A stretch of DNA of 64,000 nt from positions 117,800,001-117,864,000 of the forward strand of contig OX597814.1 in the NCBI GenBank assembly GCA_951406725.2, in the 5' to 3' direction. The position numbers and the translations under genes are program-made. Below are positions 25,908 through 40,239 of the stretch, piece after piece. Source of the DNA: Octopus vulgaris (lineage: Eukaryota). Position 1 is the stretch's first letter. Every line of letters begins with the position of its first letter. The notes under the pieces are model-generated. The model was given only the letters and a program-made list of their open reading frames with translations, ran no database searches and was not told where the DNA came from.

Positions 25908-27322
25908 TTATCCACTATGTGGATAACTCTAGTGCTAAAAATAGCTCGAAGCAACCACAGAAGAACAGTTTCCAACTAGAATCAACATACATTTGACGGA
26001 GGGAAAGTGAAATACAACGAATAAAATTGACTCTTACATTACGACTCGACTACACTGTCTTTTTTCCCCACTCTCCTACTTTTCTCTGCCTTCACCCTTT
26101 TCACTCCCCTTGTTCTGTCTCTTTCCCTCTTTTTCTTCTCCTCCCTTGTTCCCCCTCTTTCTTTCTCTCTTCCTCCGTCCCTCCTCTCCCACATTTCTCT
26201 GCCTCTCAGACCTTATACCCCACTTGACCTGTCCCTAGTTAAATTTATAAAATTATAAATGAGGGTGAAAAATCGGTATTAATTTAATAATACCATTAAT
26301 TTAACACCAAGTGGCTTAGCACAAAAAACTACGGAGAAAATACAAATTTATACATAAATTATTAGAGAGTTATCCACTATGTGGATAACTCTAGTGCTAA
26401 AAATAGCTCCGAAGCAACCACAGAAGAACAGTTTCCAACTAGAATCAACATACATTTGACGGAGGGAAAGTGAAATACAACGAATAAAATAGATTGACTC
26501 TATACAATTGTTTCATTACTAATGTTTATGGATGTGAGTGTAAGTAAAACTACATATTACATTAGTAGTGAAACAATTGTATAGAGTCAATCTATTTTAT
26601 TCGTTGTATTTCACTTTCCTCCGTCAAATGTATGTTGATTCTAGTTGGAAACTGTTCTTCTGTGGTTGCTTCAGAGCTATTTTTAGCACTAGAGTTATCC
26701 ACATAGTGGATAACTCTCTAATAATTTATGTATAAATTTGTATTTTCTCCGTAGTTTTTTGTGCTAAGCCACTTGGTGTTAAATTAATGGTATTATTAAA
26801 TTAATACCGATTTTTCACCCTCATTTATAATTTTATAAATTTAACTACGCGGCAGTCAATATTTTATTTGATGCGGCATACGTTTCCAATGGAGTCTAGG
26901 CATGTTTTTGGCGCGGAATTTGAGACATAACTAAAAATGTAATTGGTTGGACCGCTCGTGTTTTTGACGCTCGAATCGATCTAATTAATTGCATTTCTGA
27001 CAAACTCTACCGAAGATTTATAGATGTGAGTGTAAGTAAAACTACATATTACATTAGTAATGAAACAATTGTATAAGTCAATCTATTTTATTCGTTGTAT
27101 TTCACTTTCCCTCCGTCAAATGTATGTTGATTCTAGTTGGAAACTGTTCTTCTGTGGTTGCTTCGGAGCTATTTTAGCACTAGAGTTATCCACATAGTGG
27201 ATAACTCTCTAATAATTTATGTATAAATTTGTATTTTCTCCGTAGTTTTTTGTGCTAAGCCACTTGGTGTTAAATTAATGGTATTATTAAATTAATACCG
27301 ATTTTTCACCCTCATTTATAAT
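25902..27322. mobile_element. ORF-less PLE-type pseudo-LTR array (~490-bp unit, tandem plus inverted partial copies)
   Basis: Unit 26525-27016 is repeated at 27017-27322. Inverted partial copies lie at 26236-26525 and 25902-26031. Flanked by (AT)n. Confidence 0.75.
27004..27078 (+). ncRNA. Minimal HHR variant (U4C core)
   Basis: actcta-CCGAAGA-long AU hairpin-GAAAC-AATT-GTA-ta(g)agt. The upstream copy at 26570-26588 has the perfect tagagt strand. Confidence 0.55.
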
Positions 27323-27356
27323 AATTATATATATATATATACTAATACAGATAAAA

Positions 27357-27958
27357 AAATCAAATTTCACCCAATATAATATATATATATATAAAATTAG
27401 CAATAACGCCACCTTTTATCAATTCAAAATGAAGACTTAATTTACACCATCTAGAAAATTACATATAAGAGAAATATTAAAATTAAAATAACAATAAAAT
27501 GTCAATGATTAAGTAAATTGCAAAAAATATTATATTAATAAAATGTATATACTTTGTAGAATAACGACACGTGTTTCGTGGCTATATTTAGAACCTTTAT
27601 ATATAAAGGGATCTAACGAATTACATTTAATTTAATTTAAGAATTAATTTCGTCAGACAATATATTATTTAATTATTAGGTGGCTTATTTATTTGTAATA
27701 TTAAATTTTAATTTAATTAGCTATTATATCATTTGATATTTAGTCAACTTTGTTATAGATTGTGATATTAAATCTATAGATACTACACATGTATGTTTAT
27801 TATATAGTTAGCTTATTTAAGGAGTTTGTCTATATTTGAACCATTTCTTATTTTCATTACAATTTAATGACTTGTCCTAGCTTTGTGTATTTTTTTAATT
27901 TTAAAGTATTTAATAATTTAAGTATTGTTTTAGTTTTCACTTAAGTATATTTAGTATA

Positions 27959-27960
<2 letters not shown>
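27357..27960 (-). mobile_element. PLE pseudo-LTR (inverted partner of 28760-29130) with degenerate HHR
   Basis: 27357-27590 is the reverse complement of ~28850-29078. Minus strand CTGACGA...GAAAC-ACGT-GTC-gtta at 27562-27656. Confidence 0.65.
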
Positions 27961-28006
<46 letters not shown>

Positions 28007-28217
28007 CAATAATAAATCTCTGAAGGAGATGTAAAGATTAACCGCTCGACAACGTAAAGTATACTAGCCATCTCAATATGGCTAACCACTAAGGGTGGGT
28101 GTTATTGTCGCTTTTAGCCCCAGGAGATCATCGTCTCCAGCTGGCTTTAGACACACTTTCTGTGCCCTTATGATATTCGCAAAGGCAGGTCATCCCCTTC
28201 CGTAAACTTAAGTGATA

Positions 28218-28262
28218 CGCACGGACTATAGTTTCGAGGTTCTTGTCTCTTGTCAACATACG
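28218..28262 (-). ncRNA. Minimal HHR, U3-A8 compensatory variant
   Basis: Minus strand: cgtatg-TTGACAA-gaga-caagaa-cctc-GAAAC-TATA-GTC-cgtgcg. Confidence 0.7.
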
Positions 28263-28510
28263 ATAATCAGCGGTTTTCGATGAGGAGAGCCCTGTTTGCG
28301 AATATCACTTTAATGTTTTTCTCAGTAACCACTGTCACTGATTCTGAAAAAAACTGTTTGAAAGCAATAATAAATCTCTGAAAAAGATGTAAACAGTAAC
28401 CGCTCGACAACGTAAAGTATACTAGCCATCTGGCTAACCACTAGGGGTGGGTGTTACTGTCGCTTTTAGCCCCAAATATTCGCAAACAGGTCTCTCCTCA
28501 TCGAAAACCG

Positions 28511-28553
28511 GTACGTTGACAAGAGGCAAGAACCTCGAAACTATAGTCCGTGC
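28511..28553 (+). ncRNA. Minimal HHR, U3-A8 compensatory variant
   Basis: gtacg-TTGACAA-gagg-caagaa-cctc-GAAAC-TATA-GTC-cgtgc. Confidence 0.75.
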
Positions 28554-28788
28554 GTATCACTTAGGTTTACGAGAGGGGATGACCTCCCTTTGCGATTATC
28601 ATAAGGGAAAGTGTGTCTAAAGCCAGCTGGAGACGATGATCTCCTGGGGCTAAAAGCGACAGTAACACCCACCCTTAGTGGTTAGCAATATTCAAATGGC
28701 TAGTATACTTTACGTGATTGATATATATATATATATATATATTAATATATATTTATTAATTAATTATTTTATTGTTCTAGTTTATTTT

Positions 28789-28877
28789 TAACCTGATGAG
28801 TGATTATATTTATATCGAAGTGATTTCTCTACTACTATAATCATTTCTTAAATATAGCTACGAAACACGTGTCGTTA
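28789..28877 (+). ncRNA. Minimal type I HHR in a solo PLE pseudo-LTR (28760-29130)
   Basis: taac-CTGATGA-gt...ac-GAAAC-ACGT-GTC-gtta. Confidence 0.7.
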
Positions 28878-29135
28878 TTCTACAAATTATATACGTTATA
28901 ATAATTTTTTTTTGCAATTTACTTAATCATTGACCTTTTATTTTTATTTTAATTTTAATATTTCTCTTATATGTAATTTTCTAGATGGTGTAATTTAAGT
29001 CTTCATTTTGAATTGATAAAAGGTGGGCTTTTTTCTAATTTTATATATATATATATTATATTGGGTGAAATTTGATTTAGGTTTTCTAAATTGAATTTTT
29101 TTCCTTGTAAGTTTGGATTTTATTCCCTCAAATTA

Positions 29136-29225
<90 letters not shown>

Positions 29226-29816
29226 TGTATGTGTGTGTAAATGTGTGCATGTAGATATGTATGAATGCGTATGCATTGTACGATTGATAGGAAATATATT
29301 CCTTTCAAAGAGAAATACATACTACACTGCGGAAGAAATTCCGTTTTTGTCTATTGAATTAAATTTAGCAGTTAGTTCGAGGTAATTCGCATGTTCTCGC
29401 AGTTTCCGATTTTGGTTAGGCTTCACTAAAAATAAATAAACGTTGTATCGAATACCCAAACCTCGACACCGTGATGACTTGTGCCGAATTCATGTGAAAT
29501 CCCTATTCCATATGGCACATTTATATTTAGTTCAAAATATTCCAGAGAATATTTTTATGCTCTCTGAGGATTGCGACACTAATTTTGAGCAGAGCCTATT
29601 TGAAAATCAGAATGCTCTGCAAACGTTTAATCACACAGTGTTGAATAATCTTGCAAGTGATCTAAATTTTCTGAAAAATTTGCGGTAATTTTAGCTACAC
29701 AATTTAGAGTGAAAAATGTGCTTAATTCAAACATATACATTACATGTTATAGAAAATGTATTAGGAGTTCAATAAAAAAGTTTTAGGATTTCAATAAAAA
29801 TCATGTTTGTTTAGTA

Positions 29817-29875
<59 letters not shown>

Positions 29876-30564
29876 GAAGGAGATATATTTAAGAGTTTCC
29901 AAAGAATAGTTTGGTATGTTGCTGCAAAGTACCTGGTTTGTTACTGGAGAGTGGGGTTGAGTCTTACGATGCAAACGATGGCATCTGTTTTTAAAGGAGA
30001 ATAATTTTGAAGTCTTTGTTACTGCATAATGGCAGTCTATATGGTTCGTTACTGACTGGGTACTCAAAAAATATAACAGAAAATTATTAACATATAGAAA
30101 AGGTTTTAAACCTTATCACATATATGAAGGACAACTGGATCGTAAGTGTTCAATTAAAAATTCTTAATTTTCTGCTAGGACAACCAGCAGTGTACGTTAA
30201 ATAACCTTGTTTACTTTGCATATGGGACAGCGGAGCCAAGGAGAAGTATTATTTCTAACAAATCTGACCAGCAGAAACATCACTTACTATCGTAGAGGAA
30301 ACAACGTAATTAATCCACCTAGGCCTTATCGAACATTATGTAAAAGCTTTAGATACAATCGGCGAGTGTTTCAAATGGATAACTTCAAAATTTCCAAATT
30401 TAAATTATGAAAAATTCAAGGCCGGAGTTTTTGACGTTCCACGAATAAAAGCATCAACGAAAGGAATGCGAAAAAAACGATTAAATTTCAATTAAATAAA
30501 TCATTTGATCACTTGTTTTCTGTATTCAAAATTCATACAGAACTTATAGGATGACATGATATAT

Positions 30565-31465
30565 GGGTCTGATCAATAAGTATCGGACTTGTTGCCATAG
30601 TAACAAAGTTATACGAGGCGGAGTAGAGCCGCTCATAACAGCTTTGGCCTCGAACTCTGTTGTGCATGCGCACTAAGTTTTAAAGTTGTAGCTCACTTCC
30701 GTTGTTGATAGTAGTGCTTGGAATGAAGGTGTGTTGAGAGTTATCGTTGCATTGGACATGAGAGATAAATTTGTCATGACGATACCTACTCAGAGGCCTA
30801 CACAATGTTGCAAAAAGTTCAGGGAGAGGAGTGTATGAAGTGCACACAATTGTATTAGTGGTACACACGTTTCCAAATCTGACGGAAAAAATATTGATGT
30901 CGACAACCGTTCTAGGAGACCCACAACTAGCAGAACTGAGAAAAACATCGCAGATGTGTGTGCATCTGTCAAAGAAAATCATCGAATCGCCGTCCGTGAG
31001 CTATCAGATATGTAGATTAGTTACGGTTCACTTCAGTCCATTATGATTGAAGATGTGGGTATGAGACACGTTTCTGTCACGTGTGAGCCAATATCGCTTT
31101 CAACTGACCAAAAAGACACTCGGGTGTCGATTGAACAACATCCCCTTGACTGTGCCGAGAACTATGTAAACATTTTGAAAATTTTACGTATGCCTCTGGG
31201 CAAGTATCCCTATGCTTTTGGTAAAATTTGATGCATATTCTCTTACAATAACTCTAATACTAGCCTCTCTGTCATGGTCTATGCGACAATCACACGCTAC
31301 ACCTTCCTTCCAATCACTTCAGTAAAAAGCGAAAGTGAGCTAGAGCGTTAAAACGTAGTGCACCTGCACAACAACGTTCAAGGTCAATATATGCCAACCG
31401 GCTCTCTCCTGCGTTGTTTAGCTTCCTTACTCTTGCAACAGACCGGATACTTATTGATCAGACAA
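30565..31465 (+). mobile_element. Internally deleted mariner-like DNA transposon
   Basis: TIRs gtctgatcaataagtatc(c)gg at 30567-30586 and 31443-31463. Transposase relic GRPTTSRT...IAVREL...GMRHVS...LSTDQKDTRV. Confidence 0.75.
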
Positions 31466-31796
31466 ATTTTATAGGTCAGAGATGAAGTAATATTGATATA
31501 CACACGCGGATATACATATTCCTCTTTGCGGCAGTCTACACATATGTAGAAACCAATCTATATATTTATGTATATATGTATGTGCGTGCATATCTGTGTG
31601 TCTATGTGAATAAGTATGTATCTATGTGTGTATGCATGTATGTATTATGTATGTATATATGTATGTATGTATATGTGTGTGTGTAATGAGTGTTGGAAGT
31701 GATGTACGCGTATTATATATTAAGAAATCCGAGAAAACTTGGATAATTAATGGTTATTAGTGCATTCGTTCAGGCGAGCAATTCACCTATATACAT

Positions 31797-31865
<69 letters not shown>

Positions 31866-31866
31866 T

Positions 31867-31945
<79 letters not shown>

Positions 31946-32311
31946 TATTCTTTATTGGCGTTGGGTTCGTTCAATCGAACTGTTAAGATATTTACTCAAA
32001 CACACAGTCACACGTACACGCCCACACACACACACAAACATTTATATATATATACATATACATATATATATTAAAACCTTAATATCTACAAATTTCTTTT
32101 AAAATTTTACATTGCTTTTCTTTTCTTTCTTTCCTCCCCGAGTATTCATTGCAAAAGTACTACAGTATTCCTCATCTGGACAGACAAACGATCGTCTCAA
32201 GAAAACTTTAAAATTGTAATGTATTAAATTTTGTATGAAACTTATCCCTCACTAACCAAATATCTACACAATTGAATTCAGAATTTCAGAAATTCAACGA
32301 CATGAATATCA

Positions 32312-32359
<48 letters not shown>

Positions 32360-33309
32360 GGTTTGTTTACCAGTAATTTCAAATAGATAATTTTGAATTG
32401 TTTATTTTCAATGCCAGAGCCGCGCTCTCAGTTGTCGCTTGGTAGTAGTGAAGACATTTGAGCTCTGCAGACAGAGAGGGTGCGAAGATTCTTTTGTCTC
32501 CATGGCTGACCTCCCCATCATCTGCCTAATCTATTTATAGACCAGTATAATTTTGATATATTCACCAAACTGCTAGTTTCCACCTCCCTCGAACGGTTTC
32601 CTCCAGCAACCACATATTTATGATTATCTCAAGTACAGGACAAAAGTTGAAAATAAAGAACACTTAATAAAATCTTTGAATAATAATTGGAAAGAGCAAT
32701 AATGGTAATAACAATTGTAGTGGTGGTCATGGTGATAATGATAAAAATATAGCTAAAGATAATATGCTTCAGCTGCTAGTACTACAACTACTACTATTAC
32801 GATAGCACGCGAATCTGAGGCCCAACTACTACTATTACCACTCCCACCACTTGGGCAACCTCCGAGTCTACTAATATAAGTATGAAAATATTAAAAATGA
32901 AAAAAACAATAATATCAGTTATAGCAGAGATGATAAATATAATAATAATGAAAGGAAGTCGATGTCTTAATTAATGATACATCTAGTGATGGTGTCACAA
33001 TAAAAACACAGGTAAATGCAGACCCTGATAATCGCTATCTCATATGAGTGACTATGAATAAAAAATATTGTGAATAATGGTGGTAATGAAACTGAAGACA
33101 TTGATGGTGACATTGATGCACTAGGCACGCTGAGAGATTTTGGTCCGAATCCAGCCTATCGATATCCAGAAAGGGATCACCACATTTGGCGTAGATGGAG
33201 CAAGCAATTCACCGCTCGAATATTCCGGAAGGTGCTAGAAAAATAAGAGGTGTCACTAATAGTGAACAGCTGACACCGTAGTACATCTCCAGCTTTAGAA
33301 GCTGTGCAA

Positions 33310-33330
33310 CGGTAATAATAATGATGATGA

Positions 33331-33390
<60 letters not shown>

Positions 33391-33477
33391 AATTGATAAT
33401 AATAGTAATAACAATAACAACAACAACAGCAATAATGATAACAATTATTATTACTTTTATTATTATTATCATTATTA

Positions 33478-33557
<80 letters not shown>

Positions 33558-33560
33558 ATT
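33310..33560. repeat. Compound (CTA)n/(TTA)n microsatellite
   Basis: Seen directly. Confidence 0.9.
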
Positions 33561-34305
33561 TCTTAAGTAACCAGAAGATCAATGTGGTATTAATTTCTTT
33601 TCGACCCATCCTGCTACTGTGCCTTATGGGTGGACTCATTTCAACATGTCTTACTAACCATTTTGCAGTCTGTTTCTCAACGTGTACATCCATACATAAA
33701 GTTGTAGCCCGCTAAATATCCTGGGTTTACGCTGTCATGTTGAAATATGCCCGTCTGGTTGGAGAATGAAACATTGCTACAATTTTCAATTACTATTCTC
33801 ATTCTATAATAAGACAATGTCCACGTTCAATTAAAAAAAATAGTTTCCCGGCGTTATAAATAAACAAATACATATAGAAATAAATAAATAAGTGAAAACG
33901 AGGGGAAAATAATTACACGTAAGACTCCCTTCGTCTCACAGTATCAGATAAATCTAGATTACACCTCTAAGAATAACTAAAATATATATTTAAAATTTAA
34001 AATTAAATTTGAAATTAAAATACAAATTCCCAAAAGTTAATTAAAATAACACATATATATATACATACATATATATATATATATACATATATATACATAT
34101 AAATATGTATATATAAAATCATACATACACACACCAAAGCTAATACATATCTACATATATATACATACATACATATATATGTATATATATAAATATATAT
34201 ATATTACATTACATACATATAAACGGTGGTGCATCAGCATGGCCGCAGCTGTGAGCTGAAAAAAATATATTACACACACATATATATATATATTTTATAT
34301 GTGTG

Positions 34306-34401
<96 letters not shown>

Positions 34402-35090
34402 TATATATATACATATATATTATTATATAATAAGTTAATAAATAAATAAAACATATGCATATATACATACATATATGGACGTACCTACCTCTATATGTGT
34501 ATATGCATGCATATATGGGTACAGGACACCAAAAAAAAGCGTCGAACACAATGAGAAACGAAAACATAAACACAAAACTAAGGAAATGGACATTTTTCTT
34601 AAACAACGAAAAAAATAGAGTACAGGACATACAAAACAAGGAAAATTCCCCTTCTTCAGTCGCCTAAAGCAAATATATATGTATACATATATATATAAGA
34701 TATATATATGTAAAATATTTATAAAAATTATTACAAAATTAGGAATTTCCTCCAACATTTTAATGTATAAATGATCTGAATTATAACATTAACAAATAAA
34801 CCTAGAACTTTTAATCTAGTGAATGCTTATTTTATTTTGCTAACTTGAATAAATAACCAAATCTAAAAATTAGCACTGGAAGGAATTCAGTTAAAAAACC
34901 CAAAACGAAATATCACGGCAATGAAGAAAATCAAATACAAAATCAAAACCCAATGAGGGAGGAACCTACTTAAATAATATATACAAAGGGTGAAAAAATG
35001 ATGATTAACCGTTTAATAAAAAAAAATTAACACCTATAATAGACTTCCTTTTTAAAATAATTTAAACACATGTATTCCTTTGAAGAACGC

Positions 35091-35201
<111 letters not shown>

Positions 35202-35242
35202 TGTAGTAGTAGCAGTATCGTTGCTGTTGTTGTTATTGTTGT

Positions 35243-38200
35243 TATTATTATTATTATTATTATTATATGTTTGACTTTTGCTTTATGTCTGTACAAGTTG
35301 GCTCCAAGTCTCACCTCAAGAGACAACAGGTTGGAATTTCTGTGCCATATATTTGGGTTTTTTTTTTTGGTGTTGTACTAGTGAATGTCTGATACATAAA
35401 AAAAATAAATAAATAAATAAATAAATAAACAAAAAAGTTTGTTTTAAACCTTGGGATTACATAGAGAGTATTTTGCGTAGGATATGAGCAGTTCCCATGA
35501 TCACTATCTTTTGAATTTCTGCCATTTTGGGGTTTCCTGGTATCTGAGTTAGGTAGCAATCAGTCCCTTTCGCTATCATTCCCAGAGCACCTATGACAAC
35601 AGGTATTGTTTTAGTCTTCAGCTTCCACATTTTGCTGATTTCTATTTCAAGATCTTTATATTTGCTCAGTTTTTGGTAGGTCTTGACAGGTACGTTTATA
35701 TCGATTGGGACAGTCATATCAATGAGGGGGCATGTTCTTTGTCTGAAGTCTTTCAATATAATGTCTGGCCTATTTGCATCTATCTTCCTGTCAGTTTGAA
35801 TGATGAAGTTCCAGAGGAGTGAGATGTGGTCATTTTCAAGCACAGGAGGTGGATTGTGTTCCCACCAGTTTTTTTCATGGGGCAAATCCAGGTTTTTGCA
35901 AATTACCCAGTGAATATATTGTGCAGCTTTATCATGCCTACTGAGGTACTCTGTAGGCGCTAGAAGACTGCCTTTGGAGACAACATGGTCAATGGTTTCA
36001 TTTTGTTGTCGGCATACACGACATGTTGGGCTACTGCCGTTCTTTAATATGATGGCCTGGTAGTTTCTTGTTGGTAGGCATTGATATTGAGCTGCTATGA
36101 TAAACCCCTCTGTTTCAGATTTTAAGCCAGAGGCCATTAGCCATTGATGGGTCAGGGCTTTGTCGATATCTGCATTATTCGCTCTCTTTGGGTATTTGCC
36201 ATAGAGAGGTTTGTCTTGCCATTTATTATTCAGAATATCTAAGGCCGCAGTTTTGGCACGGGTTTTCATGCGCCTAGCTTTTTCTGTGCTTGTTTCTTGT
36301 ATATCTATCTCTAATTCCGAAATTGGTTGTATTCGGAATTCACTTAGATATTCCTTTGCCTGTTTTGTGACTGAGTATGATGCTTTCTTGTTTTCATGTT
36401 TTGAGACAAGTTTTAACATCCAGTCCTCAGAGTTTTTCAGGTAGGTGTCTAGGCCAATTGTAGCAATCTTCATTGTTATTGCCAGTTGCAAAAGACCACG
36501 GCCTCCATCTTTTCTTGGCAGATAGAGTCGTTCTGTATCTGCCTTAGGGTGGTGCATTCTATGCATTGTCAACAGTTTCCTTATTTTTCTGTCGAGCTGA
36601 CATATTTCAGTAATTGACCAGTTAACAATATTGAAACTGTAAGTCACGACTGGTATTGCTAAAGCATTGATCGCTTCGATCCTGTTTCTAGCATTCAGCT
36701 CTGTCTTGAGTATTGCTCTCACTCTTCGATAGCATTCTCTCCTGATCCTTTCCTTCATCTCTGAATGCCTTATTCCTTCCCCTCAATTACCCCTAGGTAC
36801 TTGTAGCTCTCCGCTGGGTCTAGTTATTTTATGACATTCTGTTGGTCAAGGTTAACGTTAGATGTTTCTGTCATTTTTCCTTTGATAAAGGTAGCCTTTG
36901 CACATTTATCGAGGCCGAATTGCATTCTGATGTCGTCACTGAATTGTTTGACTATCGCTAGTAAGCCCTTGAGTTGTTGATAATTTTTTGCAAAAAGCTT
37001 TAAATCATCCATGTAAACGAGATGATTTATCTTTTTATCAAACATTTTATACCCGTACTGCAAGTCATTGAGCAGCTTTGAGAGAGGTATTAAGGATAAA
37101 CAAAAGAGGAGTGGTGACAGTGAGTCACCCTGGAAAATGCCACACGAAATTTTTACATCGCCAGCATTTAGGGATTCATTGTCACTGTTCAGAGTTAGTG
37201 TGGTTCTCCATGATCTCATACTTACAGTCAAGAAGTTTCGCAGAGTAGGTGCTATCTTATACATTTCCAGGCATTTCCTAATCCAGCTATGTGGTAGGCT
37301 ATCAAAAGCCTTTTTATAGTCTATCCAGGCTATTGATAAGTTTTTGTGTCGTTTGTGACAATCTTCTAAGATCATCTTATTGATGAGTAGTTGGTCTTTA
37401 CAGCCGTAGGATCCACGTTTACATCCTTTCTGTTCATTAGGGAATATGCTGCTGTCTGTTAACAAACTATAGGTATATTCCGTCAGGACAGATGTTAGTG
37501 TTTTGTACATAGTTGTTAAGCAGGTTATGGGTCTATAGTTTTTTGGTTCATTTGTTTCTTCACTTTTTGGAAGCAGGAATGTTAACCCATTAACTAGCCA
37601 AGGAGGCATCCTACTAGGGTGTTGCAAAACATTATTGTACAGTTCTGTTAGCAGTTCATGGCTCTCTGGGAAGGCATTCAGCCAGAAGTTAGGAATTTTA
37701 TCCTTTCCTGGAGTTTTCCATTTGCTTGACCTCCTGAGAGCAGATCTTATATCTTCTACCTTGACTCCCTCCAACTTTTGCTCTTCTAAGGGGTCCAGTT
37801 CTGTAGATATTCTGTCAATCCAGGGGCCATTTCGTTGTGTGTTTTTTCTTCTGCCCAGATTTTATTCCAAAATCCCTGTACTTCTTCTTTTGATGGTACA
37901 GACCTTGCAGTAAACGCTGTTTTTCCTATCTTCCAGTAAAAATTCTTGGTGTTATTTTTGAACATGTTGTTGTCCTTGAAAAATCTAACACGCTTTTCAT
38001 ACCTCGCTATGCGGGCAGCTTTGGCAGATACCTTTTGTTTGATGGTTTCTTTGGTGGCATCAATATCAAGTATAGTTTTCATATTGTATTTTTTCAGTAA
38101 TTTTGGGGTTTTTGTAGGTTTGGTAGTCTTGTGAGCCTTAAGGTTTTTCAAATATTCAATGTCAGATCTAAATATTTTAATTTGTTGTTGCAGACGCTCT

Positions 38201-39270
38201 TGCCAAGAAGGCTTTTTGTGGGAATGTTGCCGTTTTCTAATCTTTACACCACATAGGATCGTTGAGATTTTCGCGGATGCATAGTATAGGTGGTTGAGGT
38301 TTCTGATATCAACATCATTAGTTGAAATTATATCCTTAACTGCAAGCCGGATTTTACCAATTATTTTCATGTTTTGGTTAGAGTTGCGGATTTTAGGAAG
38401 TGTATCACGTTCATCCATGCTGCTTTCTTTAATTTTCAGCCATTCAATCATGATTTGGTTTTTTAGCTCATGTAGTTCTGTTGGGTCAATATTTGTGTGA
38501 CTTTCTTTATCTATTTGATGCTCATCTGTCTTAGTGTTTATGATTGGTTCAGGGAGTATTTCACATTGCCTATCACTTATACTAACTCTTTCAATCCTCT
38601 CTTCGTTTTTATCAGCCCTGGGCTGGTCTATAATTATTTCCTCTGTATTATCTTCTCTAGCTGCAGCTTCGTTCATTTTATCCGATATTGCTTGTCTAAC
38701 CTGATCAATCTCTACTTCAGTCAGTAATTTTTTTTTATAATGTTTCTTCTGACGTTGGCAAGTTTGTTACTGTCTATGTAGGGTCTTACTTCAGGGTGTT
38801 TCTGTCTCCAGTTTAAGTATGCTTGTACAGTGCTAGACTTATCTGTGGGGAAATATATGGCATGGTAGAAGGCCTCAAGAACTTCTTTATTATCTTCCCT
38901 AGACCATTTCTCCTTTTTCTTTTGATTATTTGGTGATGAGCATGGATGGCCATCTGTTGGAATATTCCGGTTGTGGGGTACGTCCAGCTCCTGTGTGTTG
39001 GGAAGATTTGATCCAGTAGCTGATTTTTCAATCAGAATTTGGTTCAATTTTCGGGTACGTGGTCTTTTGTAATCCGCGCAATGGCCAATGTGGTTTATTG
39101 TTTGATTTGTTGACCTTGAAGCACGACGAGCATCCATTCTTATATTAGGAGATGGATCTGTCAGTTTAGGGTTCACTACATGTAAGCATTGCTCATAGCG
39201 CCGCTTCTTAAGACTAGCAGATCTATATTCGTCTGTGTTTTTTTTGTTGATAGTTTTATCTCCGAAAATT
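35243..39270 (-). mobile_element. Near full-length R4/Dong-clade non-LTR retrotransposon (single ORF, frameshifted) with (TAA)n tail
   Basis: ORFs 38721-39176, 37786-38676, 36824-37774 and 35457-36758. N-terminal KWSREDN..W.QKHP; RT motifs NYRPITCL, WIDYKKAFDS, GIFQGDSLSPLLF, YMDDLK; zinc-finger-like CRVC..ETIDH; RLE RPDII..IDMTVP..KYKDL. The 5' boundary is approximate. Confidence 0.9.
35457..39176 (-). pseudogene. RT-RLE polyprotein of the R4/Dong element
   Basis: Four consecutive ORF pieces separated by frameshifts or stops. Confidence 0.85.
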
Positions 39271-40168
39271 TTATTTTTTTCCTCCTCTTCCTTTCTTCAA
39301 GGCTCACTGTGTCTGTATTAGTTCGAAATAATGAGAATAAAATACGGAGAAGGAAACGAAAAGAAAGGGAAAAAGACGGGATCTGTCAGTTATTATTGTT
39401 ATTACTATCACCTTCACCACCATCACCATCATCAGCAACATCACCATCACCATCATCATCATCAATGACATTGTTTTATGTGTAGCCACAGCCACCATCA
39501 ACACTCCATTGTGTGGGAGAATGGTTGGTTAAAGAATTCATGTTCTTTGGGTCTATAAATAGCTACGGTAGATGGTGGAGACAAAGGACGTTAATGGTCA
39601 GTAAAAGGTCAAACCTGTTTACATTTATTTATTTATTTTTTTTTTTTTTCCTTTCTCTTTTTTTTTTTCCTTCCTCACCACATGCATATGTATATGTATA
39701 TGTATACTCACTCACACATATTATCTGATGTTTTCGTCGATGATTTTTTTTTTTGTTCAATGTTATGTATATATTTTTTAAATTTCTGAATTCAGTTGTA
39801 TGTATATATTAGTAGGTGCTTAATTCCATAACTTTTTATCATGCATTTAATTGTGTTGTTACAATAAAAGGTTATTTAAAAGGCAATTTTACACATTCTT
39901 ATAGTCATGAGAGACGACTAAATGTAAATGTTCACACAGAAATTGGAGATATTTATGTTTCTAATTTTTCTTGTTAGGTGTACGTTTGTACGAGCTGTAG
40001 ATATGTAAGTTTTTTTTACTTATTTTGAGGGAAATTCAAATTACTTACAGAAAACAGTAGATCTTCCAGTTTTCTACAGTTGTTTTTTTTCAGTTGTCCT
40101 GCTGGGTTCGCTGTTGCCAGTTCAGAGCATCGTAAAAATACGCCCATCCTCTGTCACGTCCAGCCGCC

Positions 40169-40239
<71 letters not shown>

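Larger units (their letters stand above)
28004..28716. mobile_element. Retrozyme-like non-coding HHR element (359-bp unit + partial direct repeat + inverted copy)
   Basis: Unit 28004-28362 restarts at 28363-28474. 28476-28716 is an inverted copy of ~28051-28304. No ORF; lies between (AT)n tracts. Confidence 0.75.

Noticed and set aside
39550-39640. TATA-box promoter (tataaatag) on the plus strand
   Set aside because: No downstream gene could be supported, and the motif is common in AT-rich DNA.
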